DNA of 50,655 bases from Armatimonadota bacterium (GTDB lineage: Bacteria; Armatimonadota; UBA10988), in assembly GCA_016235455.1 (NCBI GenBank), contig JACRKZ010000060.1, forward strand, positions 1 to 50,655. The letters run 5' to 3'. Positions within the stretch are counted from its first letter, which is position 1. Each line of letters begins with the position of its first letter. Below the pieces are notes generated by a model. It searched no databases, was not told the origin of the DNA, and was given only the letters and a program-made list of their open reading frames with translations. Below are positions 26,546 to 35,921 of this stretch, in pieces. The position numbers were made by a program, and so were the translations under genes.

Positions 26546-28365
26546 TCAGCCTGGACCAGTTGCGCGCCGCGGCGCGGGCCGCGCTGGGCGATCCGCGGGC
26601 GGCCATGGCCCTGGTCTGGCAGCACATCGACGCCGAAGGCGCGCCGCTGGAGTGGGCCGGCATCGCCTACGAGTCGCTGCTGGCTCCGGGTGACCGGCGC
26701 CGTGGCGGCAGCCACTACACCCCACCCGAACTGGCCGCCGAAGTCGTCGCCGGCACGCTCGACTCGTGCGCCGAGCCGCCGGCCGCCATCGTCGACCCAG
26801 CCTGCGGCGGCGGTGCCTTCCTGCTCGCCGCGGCCCGCTACCTGATGGCGCGCTGGGGACTCGAACCTGCCGCCGCCGGCCGCCGTATCCACGGCGTCGA
26901 CCGCGACGCCGGCGCGGTCGAGGTGGCCCGCGCGGGGCTGCTGCGGCTGACCGGCGAAGCGCCTGGCAGTCGGCTCCGCGTCGATGATAGCGTGCTGCTG
27001 CCGGCTGCAGCGTGGAACACCTGGCTGCCCGCGGGTCGGCGCGCCGTCATCACCAATCCACCGTTCCTGGGCGGCTCGTTCATCTCCGGCACGCTGGGCG
27101 CGGCCTATCGCGATCGCCTGGTGGCCGACCTGGCCGGTGGTCAGCGCGGTCATGCCGACCTCTGCGCCTACTGGCTGCTGCTAGCGCAACGGCTGATGGC
27201 GCCCGGCGACCGCGCGGGCCTGGTCTGCACCAACACCATCGCCGAAGGCACCACGCGCCGGGTCGGATTGGACCAGCTGCTGGCCCGCGGCGCCACGCTC
27301 ACCGCCGCCGTGCGGCAACGGCCCTGGCCGGGCGAGGCCACGCTGCACTACAGCCTGGTGTGGTTCACGCAGGGCCCGGCCGCCGGGCCGGCCCGGCTCG
27401 ATGGTCGGCCGGTGGCCGCCATCTCGGCCCACCTCACCGCCGACGCGCGCTGCGCCCGCCGGCTCGACCAGAACCGCGGCCTGGCCTACAACGGCACCAA
27501 GGTCTATGGTCAAGGGTTTCTGCTGACGCCGGACGAGGCGGCCCGCCTGCTGGACGATGATCCGCGCCGCGCGGCGGTGCTCAAACCGTACCTGTCCGGC
27601 GACGACCTCTACGGCCGCGCCGACGCATCGGCCAGCCGCTGGGTCATCGACTTCGGCGACCGATCGCTGGAGAGTGTGCAAGCCGAGCACCGCGACCTGC
27701 TGGCCCGCGTGCGAGAGCTGGTCAAGCCCGAGCGCGACCAACTCGCCGGGCGCAACACCATCGGCGACAAACGCGCGCAGTTCTGGTGGCGGTTCGGCAG
27801 CGCGGCCCCATCGCTCTATCGTGCTTTAGAAGGCAAGTCTGAGGCGCTGGCACGAGTGCTGCACAGCCACACGCACCAGATCGTGCGGGTGCCGGCGCGG
27901 TGTGTGTTCAGCCATGCACTGGCCGTCTTTCCGGATGCCGATCCGGCCCGCCTGGCGGTCTGGCAGTCGTCGATCCACGAGCTCTGGGCACTGGCCCACG
28001 GCTCCAGCCTTGGGGCGGCGCCCCGTTACACCATCAGCCAGACCGTGGAGACGTTTCCACTGCCCCCGTTGACCGCCGAACTGGCCGCTTTGGGCCGCGC
28101 CTACGACGCCCAGCGTCAGGCTGTCATGGCCAACCGGGGCGAAGGTCTGACCCGGCTCTGGCAGCGGCTCGGCGACCGCAGCCAGAGCGACCCCGACCTG
28201 ATCGCCTGGCGCGAGGCGCAGATCGCCCTGGATGAGGCCGTGGCCCGCGCCTACGGCTGGTCGCGCCCGCTGACGCACGGCTTCGGCGAGCTGCGCGGCC
28301 AGCCGCGCTTCCACCTCGCCACCGCCGACAGGGACTGGGTGATGGGCGCCCTCTCCGCGCTGTAG
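26542..28365 (+). CDS. N6-adenine DNA methyltransferase with target-recognition domain (MmeI/Type IIG/DrmMI-like), lacking the N-terminal nuclease region
   Basis: GTG start overlaps the upstream TGA. GSHYTPPELA, VDPACGGGAFL (motif I), TNPPFLGG (motif IV), ADLCAYW, TNTIAEGTTR, RWVIDF, VRELVKPER, QSSIHELWA, ETFPLP, AVARAYGW. 607 aa. Confidence 0.85.
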   Translation: MISLDQLRAAARAALGDPRAAMALVWQHIDAEGAPLEWAGIAYESLLAPGDRRRGGSHYTPPELAAEVVAGTLDSCAEPPAAIVDPACGGGAFLLAAARYLMARWGLEPAAAGRRIHGVDRDAGAVEVARAGLLRLTGEAPGSRLRVDDSVLLPAAAWNTWLPAGRRAVITNPPFLGGSFISGTLGAAYRDRLVADLAGGQRGHADLCAYWLLLAQRLMAPGDRAGLVCTNTIAEGTTRRVGLDQLLARGATLTAAVRQRPWPGEATLHYSLVWFTQGPAAGPARLDGRPVAAISAHLTADARCARRLDQNRGLAYNGTKVYGQGFLLTPDEAARLLDDDPRRAAVLKPYLSGDDLYGRADASASRWVIDFGDRSLESVQAEHRDLLARVRELVKPERDQLAGRNTIGDKRAQFWWRFGSAAPSLYRALEGKSEALARVLHSHTHQIVRVPARCVFSHALAVFPDADPARLAVWQSSIHELWALAHGSSLGAAPRYTISQTVETFPLPPLTAELAALGRAYDAQRQAVMANRGEGLTRLWQRLGDRSQSDPDLIAWREAQIALDEAVARAYGWSRPLTHGFGELRGQPRFHLATADRDWVMGALSAL

Positions 28366-28633
28366 ACCGCGCCGCTGCTCGGCAGTGCGGGGGCATGGCT
28401 GGGCAAGCGCTTCGGGCCTCGGCTGGGGCGCAACCGAGAGACCTACGCCGCGTGTGGCCCCTGCGTCCCGCGCGGTCCAGATGCCCATCGGGTCCGGGGC
28501 GAGGCCCGTGGTGTTCAGGACCATCGCCTTTGCCGCACGGGGAGGAGAAGCCGCCGGCCCGCCGCATATGCCGACCAAAGCCTGCGGGCGTGACACAGCC
28601 TCACCCCTGGCGGGCGTCATCAAGGAGCGCGCG

Positions 28634-31576
28634 ATGATCGAACGTTGCTGGGGCCGTACCATCGTGGCCTGGCTGGTCATCGTTTTGCTGGCGGAGGTCG
28701 CCATGGCACAAGTGCCCGAGAACCTCTATCGCGGTGAGCTGGTCTCCTACCCCGGGCCGTGGGCCTTCGAGCTGGGGCGGCAGGCGATCATCCTGGTGAG
28801 CGACCAGGAGCTTGAGGCACTGGCCGACCCGGACCGGGTGCTCGACATCAGCACCGGCTTCGACAAGCAGGAGGCCAGCCTGCGCCAGGTCTGCGAGCGG
28901 GCCCGAGCGGCCGGACAGCGCACCCTCATCATCGCCTTCGACCACTTCTTCAGCCAGTACCGGCCAGGGCAGGACAAGCCGCGCACCCTCACGCCGGACC
29001 TGGATGAGTATGTACGCCGGATCGCGGCCATCAGCGCCTTCGCCCAGGGCTACGGCCTGGGCCTGGAGCTCAGCCTGCTCAGCCCCCTGGAGATCGGCCC
29101 AGCCTACACCCGGGCCACCGGGGAGTCGGGTCTGTGGTTGCAGTATCGCAAAGGGCTGCGCGACCCCGTTACCGGCGCCTTCAGCGTCCCGCTCTGGGAG
29201 CAGCGCAAGTGGGCCAACAACAAGGGCGTCATCGCGCTGGAAGCGTCCGCGGTCCGGGTGTTCGCCTTCCGTGAGCAGGCGCTCGCCGGCACCCCTCACC
29301 GGGTCGTGAAGCCGGAGTGGATCCGCGAGATCAGTGATGTGGCGCAGATTGAGCGTTGGGACGATGGCGGGCGTCCGCTGCGACGCGTTCGCGTCTTCGG
29401 CCAGGGGCACACCGACCTGGGCGATCTCGACCGGGTCCTCGTGGTTCTGCAGTACCGCACCCCGGAGATGGACTACTTCAGCCCGCAGGCCCTGCCCTTC
29501 CTCAAGGGGCTGCTCGATAAGTACGCGGCAGCCGGCGTGAAGCTCAATGCGCTCTACTCGGACGAAATGCACATCCAGCAGGACTGGGGCTACTTCAATC
29601 ACCACGACCACGGCGAGTTCGCCCAGCGCTACGTGAGCGCCGGCCTCGCGCGGCGCTTCGCGCAGCTCTACGGGGCGGAGTACGCCGACTTCGCCAAGTA
29701 CCTGGTGTACTTCTGCCACGGTCAGGAAGACGATGCGAGCGACCTCTCGGCCAAGCAGGACGTCGGCCATGTCTTCGGCGCCAGCCCGCGCGACATCCGC
29801 GCTACCGCGCTGTTCCGCTCGCGCTACTACCGCCTGCTGCAGGACGGGGTGGTTGATCTCTTCGTGCAGGCCAAGCGCCATGCCGAGCAGGGCATGGGAC
29901 ACCGGCTCGAGACGCGGGCCCATGCCACCTGGGCGGAGAGCCCGACCATCGACAAGTGGGAGACCGGGCGCGAGAACCACTTCGCCAACGCCTACGAATA
30001 CACGTCCAACTTCGTCTGGTCCAACACGGTCCACCAGGCCTCTTCGGCCTGCTACGACTACTTCCGCTGGGGAGACTACCTGACCGGCAACGGCAACGAT
30101 CACGCCGAATGCGGCTGGCTCGACCGCAACTACGTTGGCCTGAGCCTGGCCTGTTCCACCGGGATTCTCAACGAGGTGCCCTACTCGTATGCCGCGCACT
30201 GGGGGATGCCCGACGAGTTGGCCTACCGGCGCGGACTGCTGGCTGCCGTGTCCGGCACCGCCGGCGGCTACCTGGGCATGGTCCAGGACAACCAGCACCG
30301 CGATGTCGATGTCCTGATGCTCTACCCGCTGGATCTCGTCGCCGTCGACGAACGCTTCGGGAGCTGGATGACCCAGTACGGCTATGCCAATCAGATCACC
30401 AGCGCCAAGCTGTTGGAGCGCGGCAAGGTGTCCGGCAATGCATTGGCGGTGGCGGACAGACGTTTCACGACGCTGGTGGCGACATTCGAGCCCTTCCCGC
30501 CGCGGCGGCTGCTGGACCTGATGCGTGAGTTTGCGATGTCCGGCGGCCGGGTTATCTGGTCGGGGCCGCCTCCGTTGCTCACCGCCGAAGGCGAGGACGC
30601 ACTCCCCGCCTGGCAGGAGCTGTTCGGGGTCACCTACGAGCCGGGTCTGGATGAGGGGCAACTCTCGCCTGGTCGCCAGGTCGTCTTCGAAGGCCCGCTC
30701 GCCGCCGCGGCCCCCCAGACGATCCTGACCGACCTGCTGCCCGACCGCACCTATCCGGTGGCGCCGCGCGAGGGCGCCGCCGCCGTGGCCCGGGTCAAGG
30801 ACCGTGTGGTCGGCGCGACGCGTCGCCTGGCCGGCGGCGGCACGGCGACCTTCCTGGGCTACCGGCCCCGCGATGACCAGTCCAAGAGCCTGGGCTACGA
30901 CGTGCGCAACCTGTTTGAGGTGCTTGTGGCGCTGGGTGCATACCCTCCCAGCGGGCGCTTCGAGGGCGTGAACGACAACACGGAGGTGCTGTCGCGCACC
31001 GGTCCGCACCTGGTCTGTCGCTTCCCCAACGGCACGATCGCCCTGGCCAACCACCTGCGCGACGTGGAAGAGGACTGGCCTGGCGGCTTCGCCCGGAATG
31101 CCGAGCAGGACAAGCAGTACCTGCAACGCTGCCCGGCCCCGTCGCTGGATGTGCGGCTCAAGGACCTCCACGTCGCCGGCCACACGGTAACCTACTCGGG
31201 CGTGGCGCCACTGGCCTTCCGGCTCGACGACCAGGGCCGCCTGATAGCGTTTGCCTGCAGCTGGGCCGATCGCGTCACCATCGACGGCAAGGAGCATGTC
31301 TTCGCCGACAAGCCATTGTCGCTGATCTCGTGGGCGCCGGTGCCTGATTCGCGGCGCGTGCCCGGCGGAGCACTCCTCCAGGCCCGCATCCAGGGCGAGG
31401 GCGTGGTGCGCCTGCCGGCGGCCGGCCTGCCGGACAAGGTCGCCCTGTTCGCTGAGGGTCCGACCCCGGGCAGCCGAGGGGAGGCCATCCCCTGCCGCCT
31501 GGAGAACGGTGCCCTGGTCTTCGCGACGACGTCGGCCACCACGCACCGGTGGCTGTACGTGGTGGCCGCTGAGTAG
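28634..31576 (+). CDS. Large secreted hypothetical protein, putative glycoside hydrolase with GATase1-like/trimerisation domain
   Basis: AAGGAG RBS, signal peptide ending AMA-Q. YSDEMH acidic motif. DVLMLYP...F..SGGRVIWSG resembles the class-I GATase-like domain that follows GH42/GH106 barrels. Confidence 0.55.
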   Translation: MIERCWGRTIVAWLVIVLLAEVAMAQVPENLYRGELVSYPGPWAFELGRQAIILVSDQELEALADPDRVLDISTGFDKQEASLRQVCERARAAGQRTLIIAFDHFFSQYRPGQDKPRTLTPDLDEYVRRIAAISAFAQGYGLGLELSLLSPLEIGPAYTRATGESGLWLQYRKGLRDPVTGAFSVPLWEQRKWANNKGVIALEASAVRVFAFREQALAGTPHRVVKPEWIREISDVAQIERWDDGGRPLRRVRVFGQGHTDLGDLDRVLVVLQYRTPEMDYFSPQALPFLKGLLDKYAAAGVKLNALYSDEMHIQQDWGYFNHHDHGEFAQRYVSAGLARRFAQLYGAEYADFAKYLVYFCHGQEDDASDLSAKQDVGHVFGASPRDIRATALFRSRYYRLLQDGVVDLFVQAKRHAEQGMGHRLETRAHATWAESPTIDKWETGRENHFANAYEYTSNFVWSNTVHQASSACYDYFRWGDYLTGNGNDHAECGWLDRNYVGLSLACSTGILNEVPYSYAAHWGMPDELAYRRGLLAAVSGTAGGYLGMVQDNQHRDVDVLMLYPLDLVAVDERFGSWMTQYGYANQITSAKLLERGKVSGNALAVADRRFTTLVATFEPFPPRRLLDLMREFAMSGGRVIWSGPPPLLTAEGEDALPAWQELFGVTYEPGLDEGQLSPGRQVVFEGPLAAAAPQTILTDLLPDRTYPVAPREGAAAVARVKDRVVGATRRLAGGGTATFLGYRPRDDQSKSLGYDVRNLFEVLVALGAYPPSGRFEGVNDNTEVLSRTGPHLVCRFPNGTIALANHLRDVEEDWPGGFARNAEQDKQYLQRCPAPSLDVRLKDLHVAGHTVTYSGVAPLAFRLDDQGRLIAFACSWADRVTIDGKEHVFADKPLSLISWAPVPDSRRVPGGALLQARIQGEGVVRLPAAGLPDKVALFAEGPTPGSRGEAIPCRLENGALVFATTSATTHRWLYVVAAE

Positions 31577-31609
31577 GCCGCCGGGCCCGTAGCGCCAGCC
31601 CGGCCAGCG

Positions 31610-32716
31610 TCAGAACGACGGCTCGTGGCAGTCGAGGCCGAAGGCACGGGCCACCGCCGGGCAGGTCAGGCGGCCGGACTGAACGTTGATGCCCAGCGCC
31701 AACGCGGGGTCGCGGCGCGCGGCATCGGGCAGGCCGGCACGAGCAATGGCCAGAGCATACGGCAGCGTGGCGTTGGTTAGCGCCAGCGTGGAGGTGCGTG
31801 GCACCAGGGCCGGCATGTTGGGCACGCCATAGTGCACCACCCCATGCTTCACATACGTCGGCTCGGACATGGAGGTGGCGTGCGTGGTGGCGATGCAGCC
31901 GCCCTGATCGACCGCCACATCGACGATCACCGAGCCCCGTCGCATGGCGCGCACCGCGTCTTCATCCATGACCACCGGCGCCCGCTCGCCCGCCACCAGC
32001 ACGGCGCCGATGACCAGATCGGCGTAGCGCGCCGCGCGCAGAATGTTGGCGCGGGTCGAGTAGACCGTCACGCAACGGCCGTGCATGATGTCGTCCAGGT
32101 ACTTGAGCCGCTCGTGACGCACATCCAGCACGGTGACCTGGGCACCCAGTCCGACAGCCAGCGACGCGGCATTGACGCCAACCACGCCGCAGCCCAGCAC
32201 GACCACCTCGGCGGGCGGGACGCCCGGCACGCCCGAGAGCAGGATGCCACGACCGCCATTGGGCGCCTGCAGGTACTGCATGCCCGCCTGCACGGCGATG
32301 CGGCCGGCCACCTCGCTCATCGGCACCAGCAGCGGCAGGCTGCCATCGGGCGACTGGATGGTCTCGTAGGCCACGCCAGTGACGCCGCTGGCCACCATGG
32401 CGCGCATGAGGCCCTCGTTGCCCGCCAGGTGCAGGTAGGTGAACAGCGTCAGGCCGGGTCGCAGGTAGCCGTACTCGGCCGGCAGTGGCTCCTTGACCTT
32501 GAGCACCAACTCAGACTCGGTCCACACCGCATCGGCACCCATCACCAGACGGGCACCGTGCGACTCGTACTCGTGGTCGTCGAACCCACTGCCGTCACCG
32601 GCGCCGCGCTCGAGCAGCACCGTGTGCCCGGCCTCCGCCAGCGCGCTGGCCCCGGCGGGCGTCAGTGCCACCCGCTGTTCGCCGTCCTTGATCTCCCGCG
32701 GCACCCCGATCACCAT
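31610..32716 (-). CDS. ald: Alanine dehydrogenase
   Basis: IGVPREIK..EQRVALTP, KVKEP, LFTYLHLA, LPLL.PMSEVAGR, G.GVVG, IGAVLV.G, DVAVDQGGC, V.NMP..VPRTST.ALTNATLPY. Confidence 0.97.
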   Translation of the reverse strand: MVIGVPREIKDGEQRVALTPAGASALAEAGHTVLLERGAGDGSGFDDHEYESHGARLVMGADAVWTESELVLKVKEPLPAEYGYLRPGLTLFTYLHLAGNEGLMRAMVASGVTGVAYETIQSPDGSLPLLVPMSEVAGRIAVQAGMQYLQAPNGGRGILLSGVPGVPPAEVVVLGCGVVGVNAASLAVGLGAQVTVLDVRHERLKYLDDIMHGRCVTVYSTRANILRAARYADLVIGAVLVAGERAPVVMDEDAVRAMRRGSVIVDVAVDQGGCIATTHATSMSEPTYVKHGVVHYGVPNMPALVPRTSTLALTNATLPYALAIARAGLPDAARRDPALALGINVQSGRLTCPAVARAFGLDCHEPSF

Positions 32717-32775
32717 GGCGAGTCTCCATGGCGCCATTGTGGCACAACGGGGCGGGCGTCTCTAGGGGCACCAGG

Positions 32776-35160
32776 TCAGCCTGACGGCGGGGGCGCAACC
32801 AGCCGGCCAACGGACCGGAACTCGTCGACCAGGCCCTCGGAGTCACGATGCGCGTGCGTCGTCCACTCACAGAACACACTGCTGCCGTCGGCATGGTCGT
32901 GGCGCAGCACGGCGCTGACGGAATCCGCGCCGTTGACCAGCTTGCTCATCTCGGACATCATGGTCGGCAACTGGTCTTCCGGCACGTTGGTGATGCCGTG
33001 CGACCCGATCACCTGGTCCAGTGGCTGGCCCAGCACGGCAGCCCCCGCCTGGTTGGCGTAGGTGACGCGCAGGTCTGGGTCGATGTGGCAGATGGGCACC
33101 GGCAGGCGGTCCAGGATGGCGCGGCACTCTGCCTCGCCGCCGCGCAGTTCGTCGACCAGCCGTTGGCGCTCCTGCCGGTCAGTGCAGACGAACAACGCCC
33201 CGGTGCTCGCGCCGTTGGCGTCGTGCAGGGGCGTGCCGCTGATGGTCAGGCTCAGCGGCCGACCGTCGCGACGACGCGCGTGGGTCGTGTCGCGCTGGAG
33301 CGACTGGCCAGCCAACACCTGCGCGATGAAGGCTCGCATGAGATCTTCGGCGTCGGTCGAGTCGTAGGGCAGCGAGCGCCCCAGCACGTCGGCCGCGGAC
33401 CAGCCCAGGAGCGCCTCAGCGGCAGGATTCCAGAGAGTCACCCGACCCTCGGTATCGACGGCGACGATGGCTTGGCTCGAGGCATCGACCAGGGCATCGA
33501 AACGCGCGTTGGCCTCGCGCTCGCGATCCATGGCCAAGCGGCGATCGGTGATGTCCTGAGCCATGCACAGAATGCCGACGACCTCGCCTTCAGGGCCGTG
33601 CAAGGGCACGTTCTGCCACTCGCAGATGATGCGGCGGCCGCTGGCGGTCAGGTTGTCGTTGACGCTCAGCGCGATCGGCGCACCGTTCCGCAGCCGCTCC
33701 GCGATGCCGCGCAGATGGTCCGAAACCTCCAGCGGCGTCGTGCGGCCGAGGAGTGACTGGCCGAGCATCTCCTCCTCGCGCCAGCCAAACAGCGACTCGG
33801 CCGCCGGGTTCCAGTACGTGCAGCGCCAGTCCAGGTCGGTCGTGACACACGTCATGGGCATCCGGCTGAGCACGAGTTCGAGGCGTGCGAGCGTTTTGTC
33901 ACGCTCCTCGGCCAGCCGGTAGCGGGCGAGCGCGGCGCCGATGATCACGCCGGCCGCGCGGACCGCCGACTGCTCGGCCGCAGGCCAGGGCCGCTCCTGA
34001 TGCAGGTCGCTGACGCCTACGCAGCCCCAGAGCTGGCCCTCCACGACGACTGGCGCGATGGCCATCGAGCGAATGCCGTTGGTCGCCAACATGCTGCGCA
34101 CCGGCTCGGGCAGGTCGATGGTGTTGCCCGCCAGAATGTGACCGGCGGCCAGCAGCCGCTCCAGGTCAGCCGGCGCGGTAGGACCGGCCACCCGCTGCCA
34201 GGCGAGGTTGTTCATCTGCGACGGCACGCCCTCGGCACACCATTCGTAGTGCAGCGTCGTGGCACCCGTCGGGCTGCACGACGCGGACTGGTAGAGGTAG
34301 GCGCGGTCCACCTGCAAAGCCTGGCCGAGCGCCTCGATCGCGCCCTGGGCAGCGTCCGCCTCGCAGCGGGCCTCCATCAGATGCCGAGTGGCCGAGGTGA
34401 TGGCGGCGATGGCCCGTTGCGAACCCGAGTGGGCCTCGCGCGCGGGCTCCACCGTGACCAGTTCGGCGGCGGCACTGGCCAACCCGGCCACGCGACCGGC
34501 GCCGTCGAGCAACGGCGTCGAGGCGAAGACCAGATCCAGCAGCGAGCCGTCGCAATGTTGGAGGCGCGCGCCCAGGAAGTCGGTTGGGCGGCTCAGGCGC
34601 TGCTGCAACTGGCGCGCGCCGAGGTCGCGTTCGGCCGGCGCCGCGAACGCCGTGGCCGGTCGGCCGATCATGGCGTGCTGCTCGTAACCCAGGAGCCGGG
34701 CGAAGCGCGGGCAGACGTAGGTCACGGCCCACTCACTGTCGGCCAACCAGTAGCCCACTGGCGAGCAGCCCAGGTCGGCCGCGGCGACCGAGCGTGTCGA
34801 CGAGGCGTCCAGCAAGCACACGAAGGTGACCGGTTGCCCACGGAGTTCGGCCCGCGCCGCGTGTAGGCGCAGCCAGCCGCCCTCGCCCTCGCCCAGCCAG
34901 TACTCCACGGAGGCCGTCGGGCAGTGCCGGTCCACAACGCTCGACACCGCCTGCCAGGCCACGGCCCGCGACTCCTGGGCCAGGTCGGGATGGATCAACT
35001 CGCCCAGCCAGCCTTCGCTGGCCAGCACCACGCCGCCCTGGTCGTTTAGCGCCGCCGCCACAAACGGCATCCGGCGAGGTTCTTGCGCTCCGTTCGGCAC
35101 TTCCACCCGTCCCGCTCTCCGCCCCCTTGACTGGGGCTCCAGGATATCAGGATCGCTCAT
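32776..35160 (-). CDS. Cytoplasmic multi-sensor protein PAS-GAF-PAS-PAS-PAS without output domain
   Basis: PAS motifs (YWNPAAESLFGW, LWNPAAEALLGW, YANQA, QDITDRR). GAF motifs (VDRAYLY..YEWCAEGV..IRSMAIAPVVV.GQLWG). No H-box, GGDEF, EAL or HTH. Start ATG 35160 chosen. Confidence 0.8.
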   Translation of the reverse strand: MSDPDILEPQSRGRRAGRVEVPNGAQEPRRMPFVAAALNDQGGVVLASEGWLGELIHPDLAQESRAVAWQAVSSVVDRHCPTASVEYWLGEGEGGWLRLHAARAELRGQPVTFVCLLDASSTRSVAAADLGCSPVGYWLADSEWAVTYVCPRFARLLGYEQHAMIGRPATAFAAPAERDLGARQLQQRLSRPTDFLGARLQHCDGSLLDLVFASTPLLDGAGRVAGLASAAAELVTVEPAREAHSGSQRAIAAITSATRHLMEARCEADAAQGAIEALGQALQVDRAYLYQSASCSPTGATTLHYEWCAEGVPSQMNNLAWQRVAGPTAPADLERLLAAGHILAGNTIDLPEPVRSMLATNGIRSMAIAPVVVEGQLWGCVGVSDLHQERPWPAAEQSAVRAAGVIIGAALARYRLAEERDKTLARLELVLSRMPMTCVTTDLDWRCTYWNPAAESLFGWREEEMLGQSLLGRTTPLEVSDHLRGIAERLRNGAPIALSVNDNLTASGRRIICEWQNVPLHGPEGEVVGILCMAQDITDRRLAMDREREANARFDALVDASSQAIVAVDTEGRVTLWNPAAEALLGWSAADVLGRSLPYDSTDAEDLMRAFIAQVLAGQSLQRDTTHARRRDGRPLSLTISGTPLHDANGASTGALFVCTDRQERQRLVDELRGGEAECRAILDRLPVPICHIDPDLRVTYANQAGAAVLGQPLDQVIGSHGITNVPEDQLPTMMSEMSKLVNGADSVSAVLRHDHADGSSVFCEWTTHAHRDSEGLVDEFRSVGRLVAPPPSG

Positions 35161-35308
35161 GCTCCCAGAATGGTTCGCGTTGACGCGATGTAAATGGCCG
35201 TCGGAAATCGAGATGGAGAACCCGCCGATTCGCCACCTTCCCACTTCCCTAGAGGGGCAACACACTAGTATGCTGAGGCAGCAGACAAACCGAAAGGGAT
35301 CACGAGCC

Positions 35309-35857
35309 ATGAGTCGAAACCTTGCGGCCCGACTGGAAGCCGCCGGCCGCGATGAGCCGCGCGGGTCGTCGGGCGGCCCACGGCGCCCGCCCGCCCGCCG
35401 AGACGACGATCCCGACCGCAACTGGAAGCTGCTGCTGGCCGCCCTGTGCGGCCTCATCGTGGTGCTGGGTGGCTACCGCGTGATGGATTCCCTCGCCCCG
35501 GCCGAGAAGCGGCTCGGCGCCCAGCTGTTCGACGTCAAGGAGCCCGAGAGCGGCCCGCTGACGTTCAGCATGTACGACACGCCGCCGCTCAAGGCCGTGG
35601 GCAACTGCGTGGCCGTGCGGGCCGGAGACGAGTACTTCGTGGTGCGCGTGGGCGAGAGTACCGTCAACGTCTTCCGCACCAAGAGCAAGAACGGCGAGCT
35701 CATCCGCTGGGCCCAGAAGCGCGGCCGTTTCGTCTACGCCAAAGATGACCAGCAGGAATTCACCATCTACGGCGGCGCGGTCGACCCGAAGTCGACTGAC
35801 GCGCTCATCCCGGTGTTGGTCAGCCTCAGCAACGACAAGCTGCAGATCACGCGCTGA
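35309..35857 (+). CDS. Hypothetical bitopic membrane protein
   Basis: AAAGGGA RBS, charged N-terminal tail, one TM helix (WKLLLAALCGLIVVLGGY), small C-terminal beta domain; GC3-rich codon usage. Confidence 0.7.
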   Translation: MSRNLAARLEAAGRDEPRGSSGGPRRPPARRDDDPDRNWKLLLAALCGLIVVLGGYRVMDSLAPAEKRLGAQLFDVKEPESGPLTFSMYDTPPLKAVGNCVAVRAGDEYFVVRVGESTVNVFRTKSKNGELIRWAQKRGRFVYAKDDQQEFTIYGGAVDPKSTDALIPVLVSLSNDKLQITR

Positions 35858-35867
35858 CGGCCAACCA

Positions 35868-35899
35868 GGCCAGAGGAATCGACTCCCGCCGCGCCAATC
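35868..35899 (+). promoter_or_regulatory. Putative alternative-sigma promoter GGCCAGAGGA-N17-CAATC
   Basis: Recurrent motif; ends 22 nt before ATG 35922. Confidence 0.5.
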
Positions 35900-35921
35900 C
35901 GCTGGCGGGAGATTCTCTGCC

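Noticed and set aside
26542-28365. Complete DISARM/BREX/RM defence island
   Set aside because: No drmA/B/C/D, pglZ, brxC or restriction endonuclease genes in the window, and no mobility genes or evident compositional shift.
28366-28633. 268-nt intergenic region examined for a riboswitch or ncRNA
   Set aside because: No recognisable riboswitch consensus or long stem by eye; an Rfam scan would be needed to exclude one.
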